From Haliotis rubra (taxonomy: Eukaryota): a DNA stretch of 64,000 nucleotides. The first letter of the stretch is position 1, and each line of letters opens with the position of its first letter. Below the pieces are notes generated by a model. The model was not told the DNA's origin. It was given only the letters and a program-made list of their open reading frames with translations, and did no database searches. Below are positions 39,599 to 52,890 of this stretch, piece after piece. The stretch spans positions 310,001-374,000 of the forward strand of contig NW_025766248.1 of NCBI RefSeq assembly GCF_003918875.1, in the 5' to 3' direction. The position numbers were made by a program, and so were the translations under genes.

Positions 39599-40927
39599 TA
39601 AGCGTCATTAGAAACCAATCTTTATCCAATAAAATCGCTTCTTACAACTATGCAAATACTCTTGGCAAGTGTACAGTGATATAGTTGATGTTCAGAGTTT
39701 TCGAACCATACCCGCCATCAAACGAATCGCCTCGCATGCTATTCATACGAAGCTTTGAAAATGGAGGTATTTTCCGCTGTTGTGTCATGTTACCAAGCGG
39801 AAAGCTACTGATATCGGGAAATAGGCGACCATACATATTATTTAAGCAATCTTTGTATAATAATTTTCCGATCACGTAAAAATGAAAATATAAAAGAAAA
39901 AGGCACGGGGATATTATGACATGTCACAAATGGAAAAAAATTGCCGTAGTTTTTGCCCCTTTCGTGGTTTATCTGGTAAAGTTTGCATTTTCAATTTTTT
40001 TTTTATTTATTTAAGTTGTTGTATTATTTGAATAATTTGATAAAAATAAATTTCATATTTTATATCAACAGTAGGATTAGATCTTTCAAATGGTGTGTGA
40101 GATGTACTAGCAATAACGTTTTACAAGCTCATATTTTCCATGATAAACATAGGCTTCATCTATGACCTTAGAGTCTATGGGAACTTGGTGTCATGGCAGT
40201 AAAAGCTTCTGGTTGACTGGTGTTGAAAGAGTTAAAAATAGCATGTCATAGGAATGGGGTATTGAAATTATTTAAGACTGTCAATTGTCCCGTTTTGGTT
40301 CACCCTTTTCTATAGAAAATGTGATTGGATAATGTGAACAAAGTTTTATAGCTTATTATATTGAATTTGGAAAGTATTATTTCTTGTTTGGGTAAAATGA
40401 TTTTATATTAAAAAAATGCTTCAATGTAAACTGTATTTTTGTTGCATAAAATTAATATTAAAATTAAGAAGTGTAAAAATGTACTATACAATGAATTTAA
40501 CATTTGTATTCTGAAAGTATATATGATAAACTATATTTGCAAATTTGTCATGTATGTTTCATATATAAAAATATAAATTTAATTCTTTTGTAGTGCTGGT
40601 GTGAAGAATGGTTTATCAAGAAAAGACAACCTGTTTAACAGTGTGGTGGATGATTTCCATTCACGGGGTTTAGATTTTCTAATAACTCTGAAGAAAAGTG
40701 GATTTTAACTTTTATTGTAGTAGTGGCAAGGAACTGTTAACCATATTCTGTATATGTTATATATTTAACATACTACACACATTTATACACTCGCATCAAA
40801 GGATACTTAGAGTGAGCATTTTAACAGAAATGATGTTGCTTGTGTAAGAGGCACCTAATAACATGTTTATGTAAATGAGGTGGCTTTGTTTCTGTTGCAG
40901 TTCTTGGTTATTGGTAAAAAAATATCA

Positions 40928-41440
40928 ACAAGAAGACAAAGAAAGGAGCACTATCACCAATTTCAGTCTAAGTCAAACTTGTTGCCATGGAAACGCCAAA
41001 AATATTTTATTCAGAATTCCAAAACTACCAAAAGGCACCAGTACACCACCAGATCTATCTATGTGCCAAGTTTGGTGAAGAAATAGTGAATGGTTTTAGA
41101 GTTCAGCTCCAGAAAAGAGCACTACTACAATTTCAGGCTAAGTCAAACTTGTTGCCATGGAAACGCCAAAAATATTTAATTCAGAATTCCAAAACTACCA
41201 AAAGGCACAAGTACACCACCAGATCTATCTATGTGCCAAGTTTGGTGAAGAAATAGTAAACAGTTTTAGAGTTCAGCTCCAGAAAAGAGCACTACCACAA
41301 TTTCAGGCTAAGTCAAACTTGTTGCCATGGAAACGCCTAAAAAATATTTTATTCAGAATTCAAAACTACCAAAAGGCACCAGTACACCACCAGATCTATC
41401 TATGTGCCAAGTTTGGTGAAGAAATATTGAACGGTTTTAA
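40928..41440. repeat. 170-bp tandem core repeats x3, HINE-like; related to 47340-47705
   Basis: gttgccatggaaacg...aaaaggcacca...ccaagtttggtgaagaaata recurs with period 170. Confidence 0.85.
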
Positions 41441-42885
41441 AAAAAAAATCCCTACCTACCTACCCTATTTTTTAAAAACATGTAACAGGAACCAAAGGAA
41501 TTTGTTTTGGACCTAAGAGAAAGTAATAGGTAAATATATAAGTATATACAGCACAGTGAGTGTGGATGAGTGTTTTTTAGCATGCATAAGCATGTATAAA
41601 TATGTAGGCGAACATATAGATGTGTGTGGATATGCAGTCAGGCACACATGTATGGGCACCTGTGGGTAAGCATGTCTGGGTAAGTGTGGGTAAGCATGTC
41701 TGGGTAAGTGTGGGTAAGTATGGGCAAATGTTGATATGTACTGATGAGTGGAGGCAAGTTCAGGGGGAATACTTAAGTATTCTACAAATATATCAATAAC
41801 AGAAAATGTATTTCAGGTTTTTAAAATTATTCTTCATGCACAGAATGAAAAATTCTACATGTATGGCATCATAATAAATACAGTGGGTCAAGTGAATAAC
41901 ACTTGTGGTATTTCCTCAACCCTGACAAATGAGATTTTAGATGTGCATGGATCTCAAGTGTTGAACATGACATTACGAAGCAATCAAATTACAGGCAGCT
42001 ACATTGCCAATCAGTCTGGGGTTTAAAAATGGCTTTTCAAAACATGATTCAACAGTGGATCCAAAGGCAACATTTATTATCCGAACTTCTGAAACATATT
42101 CATCTATCTGGAATCCTGAAACGGAAGATTTTGATGAGGCAATTTTATTCATGAATCACTGGTACGCTAAAAACTAGCAAACACTGTCTAGCGTGATTGA
42201 AGAATGGTTTCACCAGATTCAGTTAAATGTCAAGTAAAAGTTTGCCGTGATGATACTTTGTGATTTATGTCATAAATCATTCCTCATTTTCAACTTTCTT
42301 ATCATTCATAATAGCTACAATTTCTTCATCACTGAAGACAAAGGCTTCAATTTAAAATATTCAAATGAGTGAATTAAATACAGCACATGAATAAAATTAA
42401 TTAAACCACAGAAGTAAATACTCAAGACACAGAGAAATGACAAAACGACGATGTCGTTACAAAAGCCAATTATATATCATTCCTTGAAGGAGGTGCAGAA
42501 TTGGATCTGTGGCTTCTCAGCTCCCAATCCATCACCTGGTCATCCAGCTCATGTCTACACTGGCCAAACAGTCAACAAAATTAATTTTCAGCTTCAGAGA
42601 ACTGGACGGACATGAATTTCATGCATGACCTTGCTGGGAGCTGTTTTTTATTAATCTCACAGATTAATTATTGAGATCTTAGTGTTTGCCGATTAATCAG
42701 TTTCCTATTTGTGGTTTCCTGTGGGCTGTACCAGGTTTATCACACAGAGACAGGAATGTGTTGCCGAAGGGAATGTCTCTTTCCAAGGAAGCTCGAGGGA
42801 ATGCAGTTAAGAATATTCATCAATTATTAATTACATTAATAACATAAGGCACCAGAAATATAATGGTGTATTCAGGCAGTTGCAA

Positions 42886-43065
42886 GTGAGTGAGTGGTTG
42901 GTTGGTTGGTTTATTGGTTAACGCCGCACTCGGCAATATTCTAGCTATATGGTGGCGGTCTGTAAATAGTTGAGTCTGGACCAGACAATCCAGTGATCAG
43001 CAGCATGAGCATTGATCTATGCAATTGGTATATGTTAACGAGTAAGTGAGTGAGTGAGTGAGTGA
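42886..43065 (-). mobile_element. Family B, 5'-truncated, plus a (GAGT)n run
   Basis: ggttggttgg tail; body to gcaattggta. Confidence 0.85.
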
Positions 43066-43732
43066 AATAGTGGGTGGACAGTGTTTGCTCATTACGCCAA
43101 AATCTCATCTACCTAAAAGTTTATTTCATGGACTAGAGAAAATGACAATTAATTTCTGACCTTGCTACATTGCCGAGGATGTCCCGAACCAGAAATCCGA
43201 AATGGAAATGGATCTCACCACAATGCGTGATGACATTTATCAGAAAAAAGTGGTAAATTAATGATAGCTTGGAAAAAGTCCTAGTAATGATAAATGGATC
43301 ATTGATCAAAAGCCTTAATTTGTGACATGACCAATCATACCACAACGAAAGTGGCAATACCCACTTAGCATTCAACAACTAATACTATCATCCCGTCAAC
43401 TATTGATCCCAGTGATACATCCTTGTGCAACACTTCCAATCAAATCTGACCATAGGAGATGTTCACATGATAAAGCTGGAAGCTAAACTACAGCACTAAT
43501 CACACACAGATAGTCACAGATGTCTGTAACATCTAAAATGTTCACTGGATTCTCCATCTTTAGCTGCTCAGTCCAAAGTCAGAGTCTTGGCAAATTAGTG
43601 AAAACCTTAAAACTTCAACCTAATTTTCATTCACCTATGTGTATTTAGGTACATATTACAGCTAGTTGTCTTGAAGTCATCACTGCTCGGTATATCTGTA
43701 TGGGATGGCTTCCAGGCAACAAGCTAGAATAG

Positions 43733-44820
43733 ATACCCAGCTGTAATGGCTTCCTGACAACATACTGAAATATATACCAAGCTGTAATGGCTTCGAGACA
43801 ACATACTGGAATATATACCCAGCTGTAATGGCTTCCTGACAACATACTGAAATATATACCCAGCTGTAATGGCTTCCTGACAACATACTGGAATATATAC
43901 CCAGCTGTAATGGCTTCCTGACAACATACTTGAATATATACCCAGCTGTAATGGCTTCCTGACAACATACTTGAATATATACCCAGCTGTAATGGCTTCC
44001 TGACAACATACTGGAATATATACCCAGCTGTAATGGCTTCCTGACAACATACTGGAATATATACCCAGCTGTAATGGCTTCCTGACAACATACTGGAATA
44101 TATACCCAGCTGTAATGGCTTCCTGACAACATACTTGAATATATACCCAGCTGTAATGGCTTCCTGACAACATACTGGAATATATACCCAGCTGTAATGG
44201 CTTCCTGACAACATACTGGAATATATACCCAGCTGTAATGGCTTCCAGACAACATACTGGAACATATACGCAGGTGTGATAGCTTTCTGATAACTAGCAA
44301 AATTATAAACGCGGGTGTAATGGCTTCCTGACAAGTAGCTGGAATATATACCCACCTGTGATGTCCTCCTCACATATTGGAATATATATCCACCTATAAT
44401 GGCTTTCTCACAACATGCTGGACTATATACTCATCTGTAACAGCTTCCTGACAACTAGCTGGATATTTACCCATCTGTAATGCAGGGATGAGAATGAAGT
44501 TTTGAGACAAACTCGGAAAACTAGCTGGGGGTCTGGGGGCCGCAGGATTTAGACGATTCACAAAAATTACCCTTGGCCTTATGAAATTCCCGGAATTCTG
44601 CGGATCCGTGGAAAATTCTCATCCCTAGTAATGGCATACTGACAACTAGCTGGATATATACCCAGCTGTAATGGCTTCCTGACAACTAGCTTGATATTTA
44701 CCCATCTGTAATGGCTTCCTGACAACCAGCTGGATATATATACCCAGCTGTGATGGCTTCCTAACAACTAGCTACATTATATATCCAGCAGTGATGTTTT
44801 CCGGACAACTAGCTACAATG
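43733..44820. repeat. 41-bp minisatellite interrupted by a MITE
   Basis: Unit atatacccagctgtaatggcttcctgacaacatactggaat. Confidence 0.96.
44483..44627. mobile_element. 145-bp hAT-like MITE with 6-bp TSD
   Basis: TIR (c/t)agggatgagaat; TSD gtaatg; removing it restores the array phase. Confidence 0.88.
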
Positions 44821-46907
44821 AGGTTAAAATGGCAGCACAGGACTACAAAGGTAACATACACTGAAAACATCAGGTTTCAGATTCTGAATATATCCAATAC
44901 ATCGCAAAGTTCTTCCAGGACTTTCAATGTCAAACCTTTAACAGCAGTTATCATACATACATAATGAAGCAGCAAATGTCTCATAATTGATGCAGGCTTT
45001 TTAGGGCAATATTTCACATGTGTGTCAAATACTTCAGAACATCAACATTAACATAAGTTAAGAATATGTTTGAAATGATAAATGAAGAGATATTATCACC
45101 GCATGATCAGCAAATACTCATCACACTTAACGTGTTTTAAGAACAGCAGCCAAGGCACCATTTCAATGGGACATATTTCTATATTTTTCATAATAAGCTA
45201 ACATCCAAATATTAGTTTGGTTTAAGACTTTGATATTTCATTTTCAGCTGGTTGTAAAAATATATCCATTCATGAGATGAGAAACAGTCTCATAAGAAAC
45301 AGTTCCGAACGAAAGATTAGTCTTTCATCAGGAAAGTGGAATTCACGTCCCCTTGTCTTCAGGTTTGAATTCCCATCAGGAATGGTAATTGGAACTCATA
45401 TAGAACAGTTAAGAGTTAATTATTCAAATTAACTGTTGCAGAAGCAGCTTAGTAACTTTATGAAAGTCTAAAGGGTGTTTAATATGTGAGATAATCATAC
45501 ACTGTATTTCTTCCATCGGTAATGACCATCGCTAAAGGTCTGCGATCAGGCCAGTTAGCTGTCCTCCGGGGTAGTATTGCAACTTTATTGCTCTAATCAT
45601 GAATACAAATGACATTTCTCATGCTGATTATTTGGTAATGATCTAGCTGCATCTTTCAGAAACTGCCATCTAATAAGGTGTTACAATATTTCCCAAACTT
45701 GCTTTTAAATCTTCTCGATGCTACAAAAGCAAAGAATCCGTAAAATTGATGTGTCAAACTCAGGTTTTCAAAAGCAACATCTTATCCCTTGGCTGTGAGC
45801 CAGCCCCTCCGAGAACTTTAAAATTACATTTTCGAAAATGTCATATACATATTTAATGGAATTCTACAGGAATTGCTAATGTTCTGACTAATGTTTCACA
45901 ATTCTGATGGTTACAGGTAATGAAGGCAAAGTCACACCCCGGAGGAGGTCCTTCACAGCTAATGCCAATACCTTAAAGAACAAAAAACATGCAAACATAT
46001 GCAGAAGCAATTTTCTATCACCTAATCCAGATTTTGTTACCTTTCTGAATAATTCACCAATCTCACAATGTTTCACATCTTCTCGTATTTTTAAAGACAG
46101 GGTTAAGCAACACTTAAAAGGAAAACCAATCTTGACTACTGTGAAAGTGATCCCATAGGACATGTTGAATTAGAAAATGTGGCGTAGGTGTTAAAAAAAA
46201 ATTGGAAAGCATTAAGCGATAAGCCAGTGGCAGTGAGAAATACTCGAGTTGCCAATAAGATCGTGATCAAACGCTAGCTGGGGTTGATCCTTTGATGTAG
46301 AGACTCAATAGAGAAATCAACAGTGGGTCGTACATGTGGTTATGATCGATAAATTAGCTTATGTTGGTATGGTGCAAGTCACTTCATCATTTAATGGCTG
46401 TCACTGCTAACACTTAAACATCCATCTATCAAAAGGTTCTTTGAATTCAGGCTACATAAGAGATGCGAAGTGCCTCCAGAATGTCAATAAAAGATGAGGA
46501 ATCGGCCAGGTAAGAATTGACAGCTCCTGTGAGAAAATAGCCCCAGCACACAGAAAGTCAACACAAGGTGTGATTGCATTCTCGACTTGATGTCCTCTTA
46601 ATCAGTTATTCCATATCATAATCAATTATTTTACACAGAGAGGTAACAGAAAATCAATATCTATTTTAATTATTGATGAAGTCACTAATAAACGAACAGA
46701 TCCATATGAAGGAAAATGAAGAAATATAACAGATAATCAACGTATCATTCTTCCTCGCCTGCACAGCAAGGTGCAAGTAGTTCATTATGTGATGAAGTAC
46801 TTCATCATCCAGCACACGAGTAGTTGACACAGAAGGGATGTCTGAGTAACCCTCAATTCTGTAAACTAATGCAGCCAAAGCCTTATATGAGTCACAAACT
46901 GTTCGCA

Positions 46908-47147
46908 CAGTGAGATCTGGGTTAGAATTGATCTTCAGTAACCCATGCTTGTCGTAAGAGGTGACCAATGGGTCGGGTGGTCAGACTCGCTGACTCAGTT
47001 AATGCATATCATCGTATCCCAATCGTGTAGATCGATGCTCATGCTGTTGATCACTGAATTGTCTGGTCCAGACTCGATTATTTACAGACTGTAGCCAAAT
47101 AGCTGGAATATTGCTGAGTGTGGTGTTAAACAACAAACCAACCAATC
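46908..47147 (+). mobile_element. SINE-like family B
   Basis: Head to (AACC)n tail; an older B-like fragment follows at ~47150-47240. Confidence 0.9.
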
Positions 47148-47259
47148 AAAGCATAGATTGATGATCCTGATGTCAATCCCTGGATTTTCTCGTCTCGACT
47201 GGATCCTGGCTGCCATAAAGCTTTAATATGGCTGAATATCCAACAGGTGCCAGGATCCG

Positions 47260-47706
47260 GTAACACAGAGGGGATGGCGCGAAACCCGAGTAAAATACCT
47301 GACAAATCCCCCTCAGTATCATGCCATTCGTAGATGTCATAGCCAGTTATACTTTTAGTTCACTGCCATTTGTTACCTTCAGTTCAGTGAAGAAAACAAT
47401 GCATCAGTTTACCACTAGACTGATCTGTATAGCAAATTTAATCCAGAATTAATCAACAGTTTTGGAGTTATGCCCCGGAAATCAGCACTGCCATCATTAA
47501 TGTAAGGTCCAACTTCTGAAAATTAAGAAAACAAAAAAAATGCCAAATCATCAAAAGGCACCAATTAACCAACCTTCTGTATACCAAGTTTCATCAAGAA
47601 ATATTCAACAGTTTAGGAGTTCTGCTTCGGAAACAGAAAACAGATGCAAATGGAAGATACATGCTAGTCGCTATATTTCCTGTTTTTCACCCCAGTGATA
47701 AAAAAA
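47260..47706 (+). mobile_element. Degenerate HINE-like element
   Basis: Two diverged ~170-bp cores sharing aaaaggcacca/ccaagtttcatcaagaaatat with 40928-41440; ends gata-aaaaaa. Confidence 0.5.
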
Positions 47707-48050
47707 CTGCAGCCTGCTATAAAGTCTGACTAGAAGGTTGATTGAATTTGAAACTCTGTTCATCCGTTGTCATATTATAAAGATACTGTGTCTTTTTCCA
47801 ATTATACCATCTTCCAATCAATATCTGGTATGGTTATTATTTCAAAATGTCACCACCAACAATGCCGACAGCCAGCTGAGTTACACTGTCGTTCTATTAT
47901 TGAACACTGAACAACATATCCCATGCTTTACTTTACTGCGACCGAGGCCTAGTGTTAACATTTAGTCAGTGAGTAACAAGGAGTATTGTTTACCAAGGTG
48001 TTATCTGTGGACATGCAGTCAACTATGTTCATAATGAGCATGCTCATAAT

Positions 48051-48278
48051 GAGTGAGTGAGTGAGTGAGTGAGGACTGAGTGATGTGAGTGAGTGAGTGA
48101 GTGAGTGAGTGAGCAAATGAGTGAGGTGAGTTTTACGCCACTTTTAGCAATATTCCAGCAATATCACAGCTGGGGACACCAGAAATGGGTTTCACACATT
48201 GTGCCAATATGGGGAATCGAACCTGGATCTTCAGCGTAATGAGCAAATGCCTTAACCATTAGGCTACCCCATCACCCC
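48051..48278 (-). mobile_element. SINE family A with expanded (GAGT)n tail
   Basis: Body match. Confidence 0.92.
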
Positions 48279-48347
48279 AACTTAAACTGCTTGTTTAGCT
48301 CTGCCACTTGTTGTAGATTCTAGTTGTAATACTTATAACACAATACA

Positions 48348-48553
48348 GTTATAACACAAACTAGTGGTCCCTTCCAGTCTGTTATAACACAAACTAGTGG
48401 TCCCTTCCAGTCTGTTATAACACAAACTAGTGGTCCCTTCCAGTCTGTTATAACACAAACTAGTGGTCCCTTCCAGTCTGTTATAACACAAACTAGTGGT
48501 CCCTTCCAGTCTGTTATAACACAAACTAGTGGTCCCTTCCAGTCTGTTATAAC
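48348..48553. repeat. 33-bp perfect minisatellite, ~6 copies
   Basis: Unit gttataacacaaactagtggtcccttccagtct. Confidence 0.96.
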
Positions 48554-48828
48554 CATAGTTTACTGCAATTCTGAGGCTGTCTGTCAGCATTTTTTCAAAT
48601 GTAAAACTTGAATAAGAAGGTTTCACTTCAAAATGTTGAAATTAGTAACTGACACCTCTTTTTCAAATTTCAGTTTTTCATCTATATATGTGGGTTGTGG
48701 GACCACCTGCAAGATATGCAGGTCACTTTCACTGTCAGAGAGAAGTCGGTACCTATTCACAGGAAATGTGATCAGGAAAACATAATTGGGTCAAATAAAA
48801 GAGTTTAAAAAGAAAGCATGAATATGCA

Positions 48829-49200
48829 CAGATGTTTACCTTAAGTCCTGTATGTGAGGTCCCTGGACTCCTATTCTTAATTTTCAGGGGTCCTGGACTA
48901 CAAAATGGGGTGTCCCAGACACTTAAATATTATTATTGATACTATGTTGTAATTAATTCAGTTACTGTTATTGTATTGTGCATCGTGATCATCACATTGT
49001 TACAGTAATTAAATTGCAAATGATACCATAACCCGGCTAGTAGCAGACTCAGTGATAACACATTGTTACTTGATCGAAATTTTTACAATAAGTATTTGGA
49101 CTTTTTCTGCATCCCTGTGGACGTGCTTATCAATTTCTTTGCATCCGTTGTCAATTTTAATGCGCATAGGACGCAGGAATTCGCGTCCCATAAATCCCTG
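48829..49200. mobile_element. hAT-like MITE with 6-bp TSD (degenerate TIR)
   Basis: Ends cagatgttta...taaatccctg; tatgca at 48823-28 and 49201-06; internal ggac/gtcc motifs. Confidence 0.55.
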
Positions 49201-49241
49201 TATGCAGTGATTTTTTTTTAATTCATCATAATAACAGCCAA

Positions 49242-49950
49242 TGACAAGTTGTTTGACAGTGAAGTCAGTTGATTGTACCTGACACTTGCTGCACTTACTC
49301 TCCCACCCTGCAGCCCGTACTCTACTACAGTGGTGTAATCCCATCATTAGCTGGGAATGGACAAGTTGTTTGACAGTGAAGTCAGTTGATTGTACCTGAC
49401 ACTTGCTGCACTTACTCTCCCACCCTGCAGCCCGTACTCTACTACAGTGGTGTAATCCCATCATTAGCTGGGAATGGACAAGTTGTTGACAGTGAAGTCA
49501 GTTGATTGTACCTGACACTTGCTGCACTTACTCTCCCACCCTGCAGCCCGTACTCTACTACAGTGGTGTAATCCCATCATTAGCTGGGAATGGACAAGTT
49601 GTTGACAGTGAAGTCAGTTGATTGTACCTGACACTTGCTGCACTTACTCTCCCACCCTGCAGCCAGTTCTCTACTACAGAGGTGTAATCCCATCATTAGC
49701 TGGGAATGGACAAGTTGTTGACAGTGAAGTCAGTTGATTGTACCTGACACTTGCTGCACTTACTCTCCCACCCTGCAGCCCGTACTCTACTACAGTGGTG
49801 TAATCCCATCATTAGCTGGGAATGGACAAGTTGTTGACAGTGAAGTCAGTTGATTGTACCTGACACTTGCTGCACTTACTCTCCCACCCTGCAGCCAGTT
49901 CTCTACTACAGTGGTGTAATCCCATCATTAGCTGGACTGGACAAGTTGAT
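49242..49950. repeat. 116-117-bp tandem repeat, 6 copies
   Basis: acaagttg starts at about 49244, 49361, 49478, 49594, 49710, 49826, 49941. Confidence 0.96.
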
Positions 49951-50180
49951 TGCCTTATCGTTAGTATGACCACAGTCAGCTCCTTGTTTACCCAACCAGC
50001 CCATTCACTTCACCTTCACTGTACTTAATTGTCTTCTCTCTCGTTAATCCCAGCATATCCTCATCATATTACCCTTGTACGTCAGTGCATATATATATAT
50101 ATATATTCACTCTATGCACTTGCTCCGTATTCACGGACAAACAGTCAAAAACTGTCTCTGAAACATCTTTACAAAGACTA

Positions 50181-50432
50181 GAGTTTGTTTGTGTATTGTT
50201 TAACACAACACTTAGCAATACGATCGTATTCCAGCTTTATAACTGCATTCTGTAAATAATCGAGCCTGGTCCAGACATTCCAGTGATTGACAGCATCAGC
50301 ATCAATCCCCACAGTTGGGACACAATGACATGTGTCAACCAAATCTGCCAGCCTGACAACTCAATCCCACTAGTCGCCTCTTACGACACACAGGGGTCGG
50401 TGAAGACCAATTCTAACCCGGATCTTCACAGT
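50181..50432 (-). mobile_element. SINE-like family B
   Basis: 11-bp TSD tacaaagacta at 50170-80 and 50435-45. Confidence 0.9.
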
Positions 50433-50839
50433 TCTACAAAGACTAAAGAAGTTGTAACCTATAAAGTCTCCTATATTCTCCCTCCATGGCTACATCCCCC
50501 TTTATCTTGTCCTCACTTCAAAGTCTCCCGAGTCGTGATTGGCTTACATCCATATCCTCCACATGTTCACATGACGGATACCCTCCCAGACAAGCATTTA
50601 GCAATCAAAGCAACACTTCATATAGATAATATTGATGAACGCTGGCTTCATATTGATGATGTCTATAATGCCGAAACTCCAAGTGACAAGACAGTCTGAC
50701 AAAATCAGAGATTCGGGACACGTCTTTCGCTTCCATGGACAGAGGAAAGCAGACGTCTGGAGTTTTACTTTCTATTCATTCACATGATAAATCTGAATCA
50801 TACTGACAAATTATTAAATGTCATATGCATACAGGAGAG

Positions 50840-51455
50840 GTGAAATGGGGTTTAACATCACGTTTAAGATTATTGGACTTAAACAGTGATGTGTGTATGC
50901 TTGTTGATGATTGTCCCTAGACCAGACTTATGTCTGGTTTACAGAGACAGCACACTGAGATACCATGCCACAGTTCAACATGGACACCCCACACTCACTA
51001 GCACACTGTCTCTGAGCCTGTCAGTCCATGTTTTTCCCCCTTAATGTCAAGTAGCAGGCAGGGTAAAAATAAGTTCCATGTTTAATAAGATTGGTTTAAC
51101 ACTGCTAGCAGACTGAGATACATGCCACAGTTCAACATGGACACCCAACAGTACACTGCCTCTGAGCCAGTCAGTCCATATGTTTCCCCCTTAATGTCAA
51201 AGAGCAGGCAGGGTAACAATGAGTACCATCTTTAATGATATTTGTTTTATAGAGCACTGAGATACAATGCCACAGTTCAATGTGGATACCCACAGTACAC
51301 TGAGCCAATCATGTCCTTGATTTTCCCCTTATAATGCCAGTGAGCGTAACAAAAAGTTCCATCTAACAACAACTTTTTGGATGACAGACATCAAACCGCC
51401 AGTCATCCACTCTCCAGGCAGGTGCTCTATCCACTAGCCTACATAGACGCATGGT
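50840..51455 (-). mobile_element. SINE family C with a triplicated ~150-bp middle domain
   Basis: actgagatac(c)atgccacagttcaa x3 (~50950, 51108, 51253); tRNA-like head remnant ctctccaggcaggtgctctatccactag. Confidence 0.7.
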
Positions 51456-52354
51456 ACCCCATGCTTAACGACAGAACATCCTTTTCAGTATTCCCCAGAC
51501 CCTGGGAGCCCAAGTTTGTAACTGTTTTATTTGGCTGCAAACTGTCTCCGTCAAAGTGATGAAGCTTTTACAAATAACCTAATCCCAGGAAAGTTGTTCA
51601 AAAGTTGAAATCTGACATCAGTCTCCTTTAGCCAACATATCCACAAAGTGTTTCTTTGAAGAAATCCATGGCGAATTTCCTCAACACTATCAGATTTCAA
51701 AACAGAGGAGAATTGCATTATTTTGTCAATTTCAATTTTATCTAGTCCTTGTTTGTGATGAAAAGAAGAAGAATCTAGAACATTTTTTCAGCTGACATAA
51801 GAAATAAAAGATAAATGATAAACGGAGATGCAATATGAAAATACTGGAATACAAACAAGAAGCCATTAATCCTGAGGTTCTGAGGGATCTTTTCCATCTA
51901 TCACATTCGGATGATATCTACAATTGACTGTGCAGAACTTAAAAGATATTTACAGTTTGTACCAATAATAACAAAGACCTAATGGAGACTATGTTGATAT
52001 TATCTCGGGTGATGCTAATAAACTTTGGCTCGGTTATGGTCTAGGATATCAGATAGTTCTAAAATTGTCTTATTTTTCATAATTGAGAATGAACATTAAG
52101 TGGGCCATTGCCTATGTGACGCTGCAGAAATGTGGAGGAGAAACATTAATTTGATAACCGACAGAGTCCAATGATGGTTATTGTTAGTTTTGCACTGGAA
52201 TGAGGGGCTTGGAGCCTTTATATATCTCTGATGTCGTTAAAATCTTTTCTTATACGAGCAGGGGCCATGGGTGGCCCTAAGTCGTCTCAGGCCAGAAATC
52301 GGTGATCATGGTTCTCAGATTTGATCTGATTGTTTGTTTGCGTATATCCTAATG

Positions 52355-52890
52355 CTCTCAACATCTACACTTAAGACAACATCCTCATCACCCAAATAAA
52401 CATCATTTATACTTAACATCTGCACTTGAGACAGAAGCACAACCAGTCATTTGAACGTCAGTTATACTTAACATCTAATCTTAAGACTAAATGCCAACCA
52501 GCCATATACACATCATTTACATTTACATTTACATTTACATCTACACTTAGGACAGAAACACAGCCAGCCTCATATATTTACAATTAACATCTACACTTTA
52601 AAAAAAAAAACAGCACCTTGAGCATGTACTAGTTGCATGGATATGTGTGCTATATAATATCCTATAATAATAAAAATAATAATAGCTTGAGACAGAAAAA
52701 TGGTCATTTAATCATCATTTACACTTAATATCTGCACTTAAGAAAGAAACACAACCAGTGGTTTAAATAGAATTTACACTTCATATCTGCACTTAAGACA
52801 GAAAATGAATGAGTCGTTTTAACATAATTTACGCTTAACTTCTACACTTACGATAGAAATGCCCACAGTCGGACATATTTATACTTATCA
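52355..52890. repeat. Old degenerate ~45-55 bp repeat
   Basis: Recurrent atttacacttaacatct(a/g)cacttaagacagaaa. Confidence 0.75.

Larger units (their letters stand above)
38243..41513. mobile_element. 3.27-kb non-autonomous PIF/Harbinger-like DNA transposon with nested insertions
   Basis: TAA TSD (38240-42, 41514-16); imperfect TIRs gg..aaaa..tcctttggttcc.gt.ac; the rejoined empty site matches the paralogous satellite unit at 37731-37760. Confidence 0.78.

Noticed and set aside
46666-46968. 100-aa protein-looking ORF and an 18-bp palindrome at 46790-46807
   Set aside because: The ORF starts inside a SINE, has no recognisable homology and no clear donor; a 9-bp-arm palindrome has roughly 0.25 or higher chance expectation in 64 kb.
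3553-49950. CRISPR-like appearance of the 22-55 bp arrays
   Set aside because: Units are contiguous with no unique spacers, there are no cas genes, and the context is eukaryotic.
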